The notes under the pieces: model-generated
What the model was told of the DNA's origin: nothing
The model's database searches: none
What the model saw: only the letters and a program-made list of their open reading frames with translations
Position numbers and translations under genes: made by a program
Shown here: positions 24,850 through 37,352 of the stretch, in pieces
Layout of the letters: each line of letters opens with the position of its first letter
Position numbering within the stretch: position 1 is the first letter of the stretch
From: Okamejei kenojei
Taxonomy: Eukaryota
NCBI GenBank assembly: GCA_035221665.1
Contig: CM069140.1
Location: 16,182,001-16,246,000, forward strand
Reading direction: 5' to 3'
Length of the DNA: 64,000 bases

Positions 24850-27737
24850 ACGAGCCTCAGGTTTGTATATCAGGTGTAAATGTGGCAAGAAGGCACCACC
24901 CCACAAACTGTGTACCCACTTCATGTTTCAGTTATGGTGGATCCTGTGGATCCCACTTTGGCCTCGCCAGTCATTTCAGAACCCACCAAGCTGGAAGGGA
25001 AACAAGTCCTCTTTAATTCCAAGGGACCAGATGAGACAACTAGCCCACTAATCATGTTTTATAAATCCAGTGCCTGCTTCCTTCAAATCAGATAGTAGAA
25101 TCTGCAAAGGATTCTTGTCTCAATAAGCTATTATCAAATGTTCCTCACTTTCTCTTTTGTCACCTAACATAATATTGGATTCTACACATGCTTGACCCAC
25201 TTTGCTCCCAATGGATTTTCTTGAGAGGGGACAGCTGTTCTGGCTACATATATCATCCAATCCCTCAAATCTACTTCCTTATGGTAAAGGAGGCCCATCT
25301 CACCAGTCAAGACTTCTTGGAGCAGAGGACCAAGGCCTTGAGCCTTGTTTGATGGTGTGACATGGGTGCACTAGGAAAGCCTCACACGCAATGGTTCAGT
25401 GGAAATCTTTTAATAGCAAAGCCTGGCCCCAGTTTTCAACGTTTATTTAAGAACACTGAAAGGCTCTGACATACAGAAACATAAAAATAATAAAAAATTA
25501 TAATGATTTAAAATATAATCATTCTCAATGCACTTAAAAAAAACAAAGCCCCTAAATAACGTAGCAATAGCTTTTTTTTTAACATGTAACTTAACTAATT
25601 GAATTAAACCAGATAATGGTTAGCAATTCGGTTCCATCTCTGTAAAGTGCGCATCCGCTAATGTTTCAGGTCAATGCCCTTCCATCTGATTTTATTTCAG
25701 GATTTCCAGAATCTTAAGCATCAGGATTTTCATCTTCCCCAGCACATAGTTGGTTACCAGTGAGTTGATCATAACTTTTCTATCTTGAAATATGTTTTAC
25801 TTCAAACTCGTTTCTTCTTTTATTTTGTGTCCAAGGGAGGAAAAGAAGAGTAATAGGGATATGCAGAATGATTGAAATCCCATGTTTCTGTAGGTTAATA
25901 TTTAATGTAAAGGTGTATACTGTTTCCTTATCCGTGTATGACTCCAATGGTGTTAATGTTGGTTTATGTTGTCATCGTTTAAGCCGTCTGTGTTGTATAT
26001 GTTTATCTTTCAGTTGCATGATGGTGACACTTTCATTTTCTGAACTTTTCAATAATTTGAAAATGATATATGGTGTGAAACAAGCTTGAGCATGTATAAG
26101 GGCTCCCACTTCTCAAAGAGCCTTTCCACACCTCGTTCGACGGGTCGTGTAGATCCATGTAGTAGAGACGGGCCCACCATCTGTCTGATCGCTATTCGTT
26201 TCCTTGTCGTGATGTGATTGCTTCTCTTTCAGGTGAACCCTGACCCACTCTGGAGGATGGTATGACCAACATAGAGAATCTCACCTTTAATGACACCCAC
26301 CAAGTATTCGACGAAATGAGACACGGAATAAGGCTAATCGCACGTTCAGGGGAACCCCTTACTACCGCCACGAGCTGAGGAGAAGGTCACACCGAGGTTA
26401 GCATCTTCTGCAGGAAGCACATGTCACAGCATCTTACCAATCATGTCATAAGAAGCATCTTCATTGTCGGAGACCCCTGCGAACTCTGCACAAATATTAA
26501 AGGCTTCAGTTCTAAGACCACGTTCAATATCGCAGCAAGCACAACTTTCCCGAACAATGTGATAACTCATTGTAGCTGCAGCTTTTTTTTTTCAGAAAAA
26601 GTTCAACTGCTCCAATAAAAAACTAATGTCGCATTCAAAAGCTTGGGAAGGCTCTTGATCCCAAACTTCTGCTTTGAGCACACAAAGCCCAAACTAACGA
26701 ACTACAATGCAGATCTGGTGGGTGATGTCTACGTGAATCCAATACCAACATGTCACGTTTTTGCTTGAAGCATTTCCAATTGCATGCTGGTCAGCTACAA
26801 TCTCCGCTAGTTACTTATAAAAACCATTGAACTAAAAATAATTTTTCGAAAGTTAACTAGAACTCCAGGTGTCTGGACAACCGTTAACTTCTGTAAACAA
26901 ATAGATGCAATTTATAAGAAAAGGATGGCTCTCCTATCAAAAATAATAGAAGATTATTTTTGATAGATTGCAAGATTGATAAATGTTGATTTTACATAAA
27001 ATGTTTAGTGATGGTAGATTCTCTGCTTTGTTCGAAAGTGATGAATTTAAGGTCACTCTCATCATGTGAGCACATAAATTAAGGTACCATTGTATTGCAG
27101 TAGTGAGAGAATTCAGTCACACACTGGGTACCAATCTAAGTAACTTGGACATGTCACAATAATTCCTAGCAAATTCTAGAGATGCACCAGAGAGCATCCT
27201 TGGATGCAACACAACTTGGGTTGGCAACTGCTCTGCCCAAGACTGCACAAAATTTGCAGAGGGTTGTGGACATGTGTCCATCACCCAACCCGCCCCCCCC
27301 CCTCCCCCCATCAACTCCATCTACACTTCAAACTGCCTTGGCAATCCCGCCCATTAAATCAAGGGTCAGTCACTATCTCTTCTCGCCTATTATATTGGGC
27401 AGAAGATAAAAAGGATGACTAGAATGCACCATCAGGTTCAGAAACAGCTTCTCCCCTGGTGTTACCAGATTCCCGAACAGACATCGCAACATCTAATGAT
27501 GTAGTCCCAGCCTTTTTTCTCTCTTGTTGCGCATTGATTTCAAGTTTTACCTGGGCTCCTTGATGCTACACTCAGTTAAATGCAATTATTTTTGACAAGG
27601 AAGCCATTCTCACCTAAGCCTGAATTCAGCTCTGTGGTACAATTTGGAGCAATGGTGTGATGAATTCTGGAGCAGGGTGGTCCTGGTCAACACATGCGAA
27701 ACTGTAATGAGCAGGTTGTTGGCGAGCGCCTGTGATG

Positions 27738-27740
<3 letters not shown>

Positions 27741-27770
<30 letters not shown>
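27741..27770. repeat. (CT)n microsatellite
   Basis: Direct reading. Confidence 0.95.
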
Positions 27771-27773
<3 letters not shown>

Positions 27774-27869
27774 ACCCTCTCTCGCTTTGTTGTAACTGAG
27801 AGCAAAACTGCGAAATGGCTGGAATAGATATGTCCTGTTTTTCACCGACAGGGTACAACTGATGGTGAG

Positions 27870-28345
27870 GTTGGGACACGTAATGACAGGACACTGGGAA
27901 TATTAGTGAGCGAGCATGTTGGTGATAGGGGCAATCGAGCGTAGTGATGGAGCACTGGGATGTTTGGCGACTGGGACAATGGGACTGTCAGTGTCAGGGC
28001 CCCTGGGATTGTCATTGCCAGGGGGACTGGGTTTTCGAATGGAATGGCCCTGGGATTGTGAGTGAGAGGGGCATTGGGACCGTGAGTAACAGAGCACTGG
28101 GACTATTAGTGACAGGGGCATTGGGACTGGGAGTGGGAGTCTGAGGGACATTGGTGAGAGGGACAGGGGATCTTTGAGTGAGAGGGGCACTGTGGAGTGT
28201 TAGGGCACTGGATTATCAGTGATGTGGACACTGGAACAGCCAGTGTCAGAGGCACTGGGACAGGGTGACAGGAACACTGGGACTTTCAAGATCATGGGCA
28301 TTGGGACTGTGAGTGACAGAGACGCGGTAGCCTAGGCACTAGTGA
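27870..28345. repeat. Degenerate ~25-bp minisatellite (GGGCAYTGGGAYTGTGAGTGACA-like) upstream of the GPR88 CDS
   Basis: Recurring GGCACTGGGA/GGCATTGGGAC...AGTGA units. Confidence 0.75.
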
Positions 28346-28527
28346 TGGGGCGGGGGCTGCTGCTGCCGCAGACAATGCGAAGTGTGTGTATTTGCAATCT
28401 GAGCGCCCCTGAGGTGGGGTGGAAGGCGAGTGCGCACACACGCCTGGCTGGCACCCTGCCCACCTGCTGTGCAAGGCTGAGAGTGGCGGCCGGTGCACCG
28501 GGACACCGGGACACGGAGCCCTGCAGA

Positions 28528-29295
28528 ATGGGCAACTCTTCCAACTCTTCGACCTGTTGCGACGGAGCGCTGGGCGAGAACATCTCCTGGGCTGTCACCT
28601 ACTCGCTGCTGGCGGTGGCCGGGAGCTCGGGGAACCTCCTGGTCATCTACCTGGTCTGCTCGGTCCGCAAGCTCCGCAGCGCCAGCAACGCCTTCATCGT
28701 CAACGTGTGCGCCGCAGACCTGCTGGTGTGCGGCCTGTGGATGCCCCAGGAGGCGGTGGCGTTGGCTCGGCCGCCTCGGGCAGCTGCTGGCCCGGCCGCT
28801 TGGCGCTCGCTGCTGCTCCTCGCCTTGCTCGCCTCTCTCTTCTCGCACTCGCTCATCGCCCTGATCACCAAGGCGCCGGCCGCCTACCGGGACCTGTACA
28901 GCAGGAGGAACCCGTCCTGCTGTGCGCCTACTACAAAATCCTGCGCCGGGAGCAGGGCAGCGTCAAGCGTGCTCAACTTCCACGTCAACCACCTGCCCTA
29001 CCCGTGCGCCAGGAAGGACAAGAAACTGCGCCTCTACGTCTCCTTCGTGCTGTGCGCCTTCTTGCTGGGCACCGAGCCCTTGGCGTGGGCGCTGCTCTGC
29101 GGGCTGGTTCAGCCGGTGCCCGCTCTGCTCTGCAACCTCGCCTGGCTGCCCTTCGCGCTGCTCTTCGTGCTCAGTCCCTACGTGTACACCCGCAACAACG
29201 AGGAGTTCAGGAAGTCCCTGCGGGCCGTTCTCGGCATCGAACTGTCCAGGGCGGCGGTCGAGGCGGAGCCGGCGATACGCGCCGTGTCCCGGTGA
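28528..29295 (+). pseudogene. GPR88: GPR88-like orphan class A GPCR, internally deleted (open 255-aa ORF lacking NRY, TM4 and most of TM5)
   Basis: GNLLVIYLV, SNAFIVNVCAADLLVCGLWMPQEAV, LITKAPAAYRDLY, SVLNFH, FLLGTEPLAW, YTRNNEEFRKSL match GPR88; located directly after CDC14A; functional status uncertain. Confidence 0.85.
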
Positions 29296-29504
29296 CCCGG
29301 TGTCCCCCCGTCTGCAGCCCACAGCTCCCAGATCTCGGAGCAACGGGCAGTCGGAGCGGGGATGCGCGGGAATTTGACAATGAACCAAACGCAACTACAA
29401 CTACACATGCGGGTTTACCGGGGCATAGAAGAACCAAGCTTCTGGCCAATCCAGATAATCGGGAATCTAGCCTAAACCATGACTTTGTGTGCTCGGTTCG
29501 TGGA

Positions 29505-29672
29505 TGTGTGTGTGAATGTGTGTCTGTATGTGCCTAAGTGTGTCTGTATGTGTAAGCGTGTGTATGTACATGCCTAAGTGTGTGTGTATGTGTGTCTACG
29601 TGTGTGTGTATGTGTGTCTGTGTAAGTGTGTGTATGTACATGCCTATGTGTGTCTGTGTGTGTGTCTGTGTG
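29505..29672. repeat. Degenerate (TG)n microsatellite; further (TG)n at 30222-30290
   Basis: Direct reading. Confidence 0.9.
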
Positions 29673-29722
29673 TTTCAGTTGCGTTTATTGTCACGTGTAC
29701 CGAGGCACAGTGAAAAGCTTTT

Positions 29723-30080
29723 TTGAGCATTGAATTTTCTCAATTCTGTTAACCCTTGCTGTCTCCTCCCCTTCCCACCTCTCCCTCAGCCCTCGGGCCC
29801 TGGCATTCCCTCTATCTCTATCTCCCTCCCCCACCCCAGTCGCACCAGCTTCTCATTTTCACACCACAAACAGCTTACAATGGCTTGTTCCCTTTATCAT
29901 CGATACTTTTTTGCACATCTTTCATTCATTGTTCCTTATCTCTCCACATCACCGTCTATATCTCTCGTTTCCCTGATCCCTGACCAGTCTGAGGAAGGGT
30001 CTCGACCCGAAACGTCGCCTATCTCCTTCGCTCCTTAGATGCTGCTGCACCCGCTGAGTTTCTCCAGCTTTTTGTGTACC
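29723..30080 (+). mobile_element. Penelope-like terminus inserted into a minus-strand Rex1-type 3' tail
   Basis: 15-bp duplication CAGTGAAAAGCTTTT at 29708-29722 and 30081-30095. Confidence 0.8.
29989..30016 (+). ncRNA. Minimal hammerhead-ribozyme-like core
   Basis: CUGAGGA-A-GGGU-CUCG-ACCC-GAAAC-GUC; conserved core residues intact. Confidence 0.6.
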
Positions 30081-30216
30081 CAGTGAAAAGCTTTTGTTGC
30101 GCGCTATCCAGTCAGCGGAAAGACAACACATGATTACAATCGAGCCATTTACAGTGTGTAGATACATGATAAGGGAATAACGTTTAGTGCAAGGTAAAGC
30201 CAGCAAAGTCCGATCA

Positions 30217-30270
<54 letters not shown>

Positions 30271-31190
30271 CTGTGTGTGTGTATGTGTGTAATGCATATT
30301 TGTATGTAGGTGTGTGTTCGGGCTTCTTGTTGGATATCACTTGACTTTACTGAAACAGAAGGCATCACATTGCTGTGTGATTTCGTTTTATTCGCGTGCT
30401 GTGAATGTATGTGGCTGACTCGATCACTCGACAGCATTTATTGTCAAATCTTCGTTACTCTGGATTGATCTGCAGCGTTGGGCAGTGACGTCTCGCTGGG
30501 CGCTTAGTTCCGGAGAGGAACGCGAGGTGGGGCAGTAGTAAAGCAAATGTTATTTTTTCTAATCAGAGTTCGGTAGTTCCATGAACATCCTCGCATTTAA
30601 TTCGACATTTATTTATGTAATGTATTTCAACCCTCATCTGTCTTGGTGGTTTTGAATTCTTACCAACAGATCAATAATCGGGGTTCTGGACAGTTTTTTA
30701 ATTAATCTAATCGTTGTGTCATCCGTACCTTTGGGTGCTATTTTATTGTCAATCCTTCACGGATTAGATCCAGGCAAGAACCAACATTTCAGTATACCGA
30801 GGTACAATGAAAAACTTTTATTTGAGTGCTATCCAGTCAAAGACTATACATGAAATCAATCAATCTGTTCACATTGTACGGATTAAGGATGAAGGGTACA
30901 ACATTTAGTGCAAAGATATTACGCTGAAGTGTGGGAGGAAGAACATAACACCGTTCCTGGATAATGTCAGCCCTTCCCACGCACGAATTAGGATACATTC
31001 ATTTATTGTTAATTTTGGAATACATTTCAAATTTAAAATTTGTATTGGAAGTTAAGAGATCTGAACACACTTAAGGAGAGAAGCATGGGCATTCAGTGGG
31101 TCAGCCAACATCTATTGAAACAGAAGATAGACACAAAATGCTGGAGTAACTCAGCGGGACAGGCAGCATCTTTGGAGAGAAGAAATGGGT

Positions 31191-31218
31191 GACGTTTCGG
31201 GTCGAGACCCTTCTTCAG
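31191..31218 (-). ncRNA. Minimal hammerhead-ribozyme-like core
   Basis: CUGAAGA-A-GGGU-CUCG-ACCC-GAAAC-GUC; matches the consensus of the copies in this window. Confidence 0.6.
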
Positions 31219-31571
31219 TGTCAGAAAACTTTCATGATAATCACTAAAACGTTACATTTGTTCCTCTTTCCACAGATGCTGCCTGATCTGCAAAGTGCTT
31301 CCATCATTTCAGGGGTTTGTTTTAGATATCCAGTATGTTATTAATCTTAACAAGAAATTCAAGCATCTAGGGATATTGTTTCTCCTGTAGAGCAGCATAA
31401 TTCTGGATTAACTGTGTGAGGAAAGGCCATCTAAACGACAACACAATTGGTCTTGAGAAGCAATTCTCAAATGTGTTTGCTGGAGTGATGTCGGAGAATG
31501 AGTTTTGATCTGTCAAAAGGAGATGAAATTTCCGTCTGAAAGTTCACCATTTTGAACAAACATTTTAAAAT

Positions 31572-33608
31572 TTCAGGGACACGGCAACGGACCTGAACGA
31601 ATACGCCACAGTCGTTACAGACTTCATGAAGAAATGTGTGGAGGACTGCATCCCTACAAAAACCTTCCAAGTGTTTCCCAATCAGAAGCCTTGGATGAAC
31701 TATGAGATCTGCACTCTTCTGACGTCCAGACACCGGGCATTCATGTCTGAAGATACAGAGGACTTCAAGAAGTCCAGATACGACCTTGGTAAAGTCATCG
31801 AAAAGGCCAAAAGGGACTTCTGCTCCAAGCTGGAGGATGAGACGGATGTTCGGCAGCTGTGGCGGGGCCGGAATGCAATCACCTCGGACAAGGCAAAACC
31901 AGGCGGCATCACACCTGTCAGTGAAACATCACTCCGTGACCAGCTCAATGCGTTTTACGCACGCTTTGATAGGGAGAACACTGATGTGCCTTCCCAAGCC
32001 CCCATTCGCTGTGATGGTATTTCGGTCAAGGTCACTGAGGTCATCAGGAAATCCTTCAGAGGAGTGAACCCTCGAAAAGCACCTGGAGTTGATGGCATAC
32101 CTGGTCGTGTTCTAAAACCCTGTGCGGACCAACTGCTGGAGTTTTTATGTACATTTTCAACCTCTCACTTCCGAGGTCTGAGGTTCCCACCTGCTTTAAA
32201 AGGGCATCAATTATACCGGTGCCCAAGAAGAGCAAGGTGACATGCATCAATGACTATCGACCAGTGGCACTAACGTCTGTGGTGATGAAGAGTTTTGAGA
32301 GGTTGATCATGGTGCAAATCAACTCCTACCTTGACAAAAACCTGGACCCACTGCAGTTCGCTTAATCAACTGCAGATCAACGGTAGATGCAATCTCATTG
32401 GCTCTCCACTCCGCTCTGGATCTCTTGGACAACAAAAACATATGTCAGGCTGTTATTCATGAACTACAGCTCAGCATTTAACACAATCATCCCCTCCAAG
32501 CTGGTTACCAAACTCGCAGAACTGGGTCTCTGCGCATCCCTCTGCAATTGGATCCTCGACTTACTCATTCACAGACCACAGTCTGTCAGTATTGGTGGAA
32601 ATGTGTCAGCCTCGATAACAATCAGCGCAGGAGCACCTCAAGGCTGCGTGCTCAGCCCCCTGCTGTACTCACTCTATACTCATGACTGCGTAGCCGGACA
32701 TAGTGCAAACTCCATCATCAAGTTCGTTGACGACACCACTGTTGTGGGACGTATCACTGATGGGGATGAGTCAAAGTATAGAAGTGAGATCGACCGACTG
32801 ACCAAATGATGTCAGCGCAATAACCTGGCTCTCAACACCAGCAAAACCAAGGAACTGATTGTGGACTTTGGAAGAGGTAGGATGGGGACCCATAGTCCCG
32901 TTTTATATCAATGGGTCGATGGTGGAAAGGGTCAAGAGCTTCAAATTCCTGGGCGTGCACATCTCTGAAAATCTCTCCTGGTCCAAGAACACAGATGCAA
33001 TTATAAAGAAAGCACATCAGTGCCTCTACTTCCTGAGAAGATTAAGGAGTCAGTATGTCAAGGAGGACTCTCTCGAACTTCTACAGGTGCACAGTAGAGA
33101 GCTTGCTGACCGGTTGCATCGTGGCTTGGTTCAGCAACTTGAGCGCCCAGAAGCGGAAAAGACTGCAAAAAGTTGTAAGCATTGCCCAGTCCGTCATCGG
33201 CTTCCTTCCTACCATCGAGGGGATCTAGTGCAGTCACTGCCTCACCAAGGCTGCCAGCATCATCAAGGACCCACACCACCCTGGCCACACACTCATCTCT
33301 CCGCTGCCTTATGGTAGAAGGTACTGGAGCCTGAAGACTACAACGTCCAGGTTTAGGAATAGCTCTTCCCCACAGTTATCAGGCTGTTAAACTCAACTCA
33401 AACAAAACTCTGATCATTAATAGCCCAAACTTTATCTGTTTATTTATGTGTGTATATATATATATTCATTGGTATATGGTCACACTGATCAGTTCTGTTC
33501 TGTATTTATTTATGCCTACTGTATTGTGTTGTGCTGAAGCAAAGCAAGAATGTCATTGTCCTATCTGGGACACATGACAATAAACTCTCTTGAATCTTGA
33601 ATCTTGAA
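31572..33608 (+). mobile_element. Rex1/Babar-type LINE, 5'-truncated, frameshifted RT
   Basis: [63 protein letters not shown]; 3' tail AATAAA-CTC-(TCTTGAA)3. Confidence 0.93.
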
Positions 33609-34098
33609 AATCCTTCACTTAAATTTTGGAAAAATACAGCTATACCAACTATTGAAATGTGGATTAGGAATATGACGGACATAGCACACCTTGAAGAAAT
33701 GAGACTCCGCCTAATAGATAAATATGACCAATTCTTAAGGAGTTGGTCCCCTTTCATCGACTTTTTGGAATCATGTGATGCAGCGTAAAGATTACTGATT
33801 TCAGGTCAGGTCGTGGATAGATTTACATCTCCGAACATAGATTTGAACCTTTCTTTTTTAAGGGTCTTTTTCTCCTATTTCTACTTTCTACTTTTTCTTT
33901 TCCTATATACACACTTCACGTTTTTCTATCTATTTTTCCTCTTTTTCTTCTCCCTATTTTTTGTTTTTTTTTTAAACTTTATTTTCAAAAACATAAATGT
34001 ATTACGTTATGACATAGTTGGCACCTAAAACTGGGTACCACTGTATTGTTTTGTACTGTATTAACTTCTAATAAAATAAAAAGAAAAAAAAAAGAAAA
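33609..34098 (+). mobile_element. L1-type LINE 3' end (ORF2 C-terminus, T-rich UTR, polyA)
   Basis: FWKNTAIPTIEMW...LEEMR...WSPFIDFL motif; AATAAA plus A-tail at ~34070-34098. Confidence 0.75.
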
Positions 34099-34239
34099 TC
34101 TTCACGCGTATACAAAGGAAGGAGGCGGAGCACATCCCACCTTTTATTTATTATGTCAGACCCTCAGCTGTGTTCAAAATGTGGATAAGTTCCCCTGTGA
34201 GACTAAAACCAAATATGCATTGCTTTGAACATTTTGTTA

Positions 34240-34625
34240 CAGGTCGAACGCCGATTTTCCGGCACCCTTAATTCCTTTAGACTTCCCGTATTATTGGTTT
34301 TCCCGGATCAACTGAGATCGTAATAATGATACAACAATCCGCCTCTGACCGACTCGATATACCCCTCCCGCCCCTCAAAACCGCATGGACTGCTGGAAAA
34401 TTAAATAAAATGAATATATTAAATGCAAATTAATTGTACAGCAAAACCTTGCATTTCTTGGGCGCCAGTTAACGAGATGCCCGCGGAAATCCCGACCGCC
34501 TCTCCCAGCCCAGGCGACACAAATTCGGGGGCACATCCGAGGCTATTCCAAGTGTGCTCTCGTGATCTTGTCCGGATTAGAGGAGAGGGGGGCGACCAAT
34601 TGCCAGAAATTCGGTGTTCGACCTG
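34240..34625. mobile_element. Tc1/mariner (Tigger-like) MITE
   Basis: 25-bp TIR CAGGTCGAACGCCGATTTTCCGGCA / TGCCAGAAATTCGGTGTTCGACCTG (3 mismatches), TA on the left. Confidence 0.8.
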
Positions 34626-35519
34626 AAGTTTCACTTTAATGACACTTTTCGGTTTTATAGAAGTTTTTTTCCGGAAGCATTTGCTTCGTTTTGCAGCATG
34701 CCAACTGTGGCAGTTCCCTCACGCCACGCTTTGAAATTGGAGCAAGATTTTTTTACTGTGTAAAATATTTTTTTTCTGGATTAAGTGATGAAGAAGATGC
34801 TTTCATCCAGAACCACGAGCACCTTTCTGAAGGCTCACCCAAGATGCGCAGTCCTGGGGGCGGCCATCCGGGAATTAGGGAAAGGCTGTTTTATTTTCAA
34901 AGACTACTTACAACTAGGAATTAGTATTTTGTAGCAGCTGTTTATAAAAGAGAGGAAGATCTGAAGTGGTATAGAGCCCAGAGAATAAACTATTCCAGGC
35001 TCCAGGAATGTCATGGCCCTTGTGCTAACATGAGAGGGATAGGAAGGGTTGGATAGAATGGCTCCTTGAAGAAAGGTTTTTTAAACCTCCCTCCAAAACG
35101 TGAAAGGAACACATTTCAGATCGCCGGACGCATTCACACACTCCAAGATCAGCCGCTCACAGCCACATGTTTCCAAACTGATTGCCGGGTATAAATTGCG
35201 CCAACATTTCGGATGCAAACTGTCGCGTTGTTGGCACTGAGTTGACCGCTGCCAATTGTGAATTTGAGGCAGGGGGGCCTTACCTTTAGGATTTTGCTTC
35301 TGTTGCAATTGGGGTTCGGTTATTTTTTTAATGGTTCATAGTCCACGGGCATTTACATAGCTGTCCAGGATATCATCTAACAGACAACACTGTTAAAATC
35401 TCATATCACGAGAAATGTGAAGAGATCTCTCCCCTCACGCAAACATCATTCTGCACTAAAACGTTAGAATGGGCTGTCGGATGAAGGAGAAGTGGATGAA
35501 TGCATATCGAAACTAGATC

Positions 35520-35760
35520 GGCAGAAGTAGAGTTGCTGCCAGAGACCCGGGTTCGATCCTGACCACGGGTGTTGGCTGTACGGAGTGTGTACGTTCTCCC
35601 CGTGAACGGCGTGGGTTTTCTCCGGGAGCACCGGTTACGCCCCACATTCCAAAGACATACAGGTTTGTAGATTAATTGGCCTGGTATGATTTTAAATTAC
35701 CCCTAGTGTGTTTTGGATAGGGTCAATGCGCGGGGAATCATCGGTCGGCGTGGACTGAGG
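35520..35760 (+). mobile_element. HE1/V-like tRNA SINE
   Basis: GGGTTCGATCC B-box, GGGTTTTCTCCGGGAGCACCGGTT V core. Confidence 0.8.
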
Positions 35761-36092
35761 GTATATAAATATAGTATAGTTGTATAGACTGTTAAAACAA
35801 GTATATAGGATTGTGAGACGGCGGGGAAGCCGGGAAGGGTAAAATCAGGTTACGACAAATGGACAGATTTCACTCTATATTCTAGATTCAGGAGCCTTCG
35901 GAGATACCTGGGATTCGGGAACACGAGAGATAGTGATTACTCACGTTATCCCAAACTAATCTCCTTCATCGACAACCACTCAATTATTTTAATTTCTACG
36001 TATTGAGGCGCTCGTGTTAGCTGCGAGAGGAAACCGTGGCAGGCACTCGGAAGAAACCAAGACGGCCACAGATTGACCGAGCTGATCTCACT

Positions 36093-36096
<4 letters not shown>

Positions 36097-36128
<32 letters not shown>
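36097..36128. repeat. (CA)n microsatellite; (TA)n also at 38497-38530
   Basis: Direct reading. Confidence 0.95.
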
Positions 36129-36131
<3 letters not shown>

Positions 36132-37099
36132 AGCAGCCGAGGCCGGGGGTGGACGCGGGAGGTTGGAAACTGGAGCCGCGGCACCTCTGTGCCACTTTGC
36201 CTTCCTCCGCTCCAGTCGTGCTTGGCGCCCTTCCAAGATGCTGCCTCTTCTCATGACCTTTCCATCAGGCTCAGAACTCAATATCGGGCGCTTTTGGAGT
36301 GGCGTGGCGCTATTTTAGGATTAGTGGTGAGTGGATAAGTACGTGGCAATGAGTTGGCAGCAAACAGCAGGTTTTGATTGTAGGATGACAGTTTAACACA
36401 TATTTTTCCAGATATTGCAGACATCAGCTCTGACATTTGAACACTGTTGGAATCCAATAATAGCGTAAACCAACAATTATCTGATGAATATATTGGTTGT
36501 TAAAATGAAATTTTGAATTTTAATTTGTCCCTTATTGCCCTTGTAAGACTCTCATAATCATACTTCCATTGGTAGAGTAATCGCAAACGAAACATAATTC
36601 AGTGCAGCACAGAAGATAAACCCTGTCTGTGCCGAACATGATGCCAAGTTAATCTCTGCTGCCTGCACATGATCTATATTCATCCATTCCTTGCATATCA
36701 TTGTGCCTATCTTAAAACCTTCTATATACCACTATCGTATCTGTCTCCGCCACCCTGCACGCACGTTCCAGGTACCCACGTCCCCCTCTAGCCTTTGACA
36801 TTTCCAGCCCGGGAGAAAGGTTGTCAACATTTTATATTCTTCTGTTAAGTCTCCCCTCAGCTCCCGTGCTCCAAAAAAAAAAAACAGGCCTTTCAAACCA
36901 TTGAGTCCTGACAACCATCAGACACCAATTTATACCAATCTTATGTTTCTTCAGCCGCTCCATATTTCCACCAACCCCTTTTAGATTCTACCAATTCCTG
37001 GCAGCAGAGTAGTTTTATATTATATCCCTACACCTCACTGACCTTGAAAATGGGCAGGGAATCTTCCTGTAGATCACGGAGGAAAATATCGAGAAAATA

Positions 37100-37352
37100 T
37101 CGGCAGGTTGAGTTGCTGCCTTACAGAGCCAGACCCGGGTTCGATCCTGTCAACGGGTACTGTATGAGCTTTGTTAATTCTCCCCGCGACCGCGTGGTTT
37201 TCCTTCCACCTTCCAAAGGCCTACCGGTTTGTAGGTTAATTGGCTTCTGTAAATCGTGTAGGTGCTAGTGTTCGGGGTGATCGCTGGTGGGACTCGGCTG
37301 GTGAGACTCGGTGGATCGAAGGGCTTGTTTCCACGCTGTATCATCTAAACTA
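37100..37352 (+). mobile_element. HE1/V-like tRNA SINE
   Basis: GGGTTCGATCC, CR1-like tail GAAGGGCTTGTTTCCACGCTGTA. Confidence 0.75.

Noticed and set aside
27870-28345. CRISPR-like repeat array
   Set aside because: Degenerate tandem units with no unique spacers, in eukaryotic DNA
28339-29537. Long overlapping ORFs around GPR88 (372 aa at 28419, several minus-strand ORFs)
   Set aside because: Shadow frames of GC-rich coding DNA; only 28914-28970 of the 372-aa frame has receptor similarity
36238-36332. Possible + strand VCAM1 signal-peptide exon ending in GTGAGT
   Set aside because: The ATG frame stops before the donor, the phase-1 frame has no ATG, and the peptide is not clearly hydrophobic
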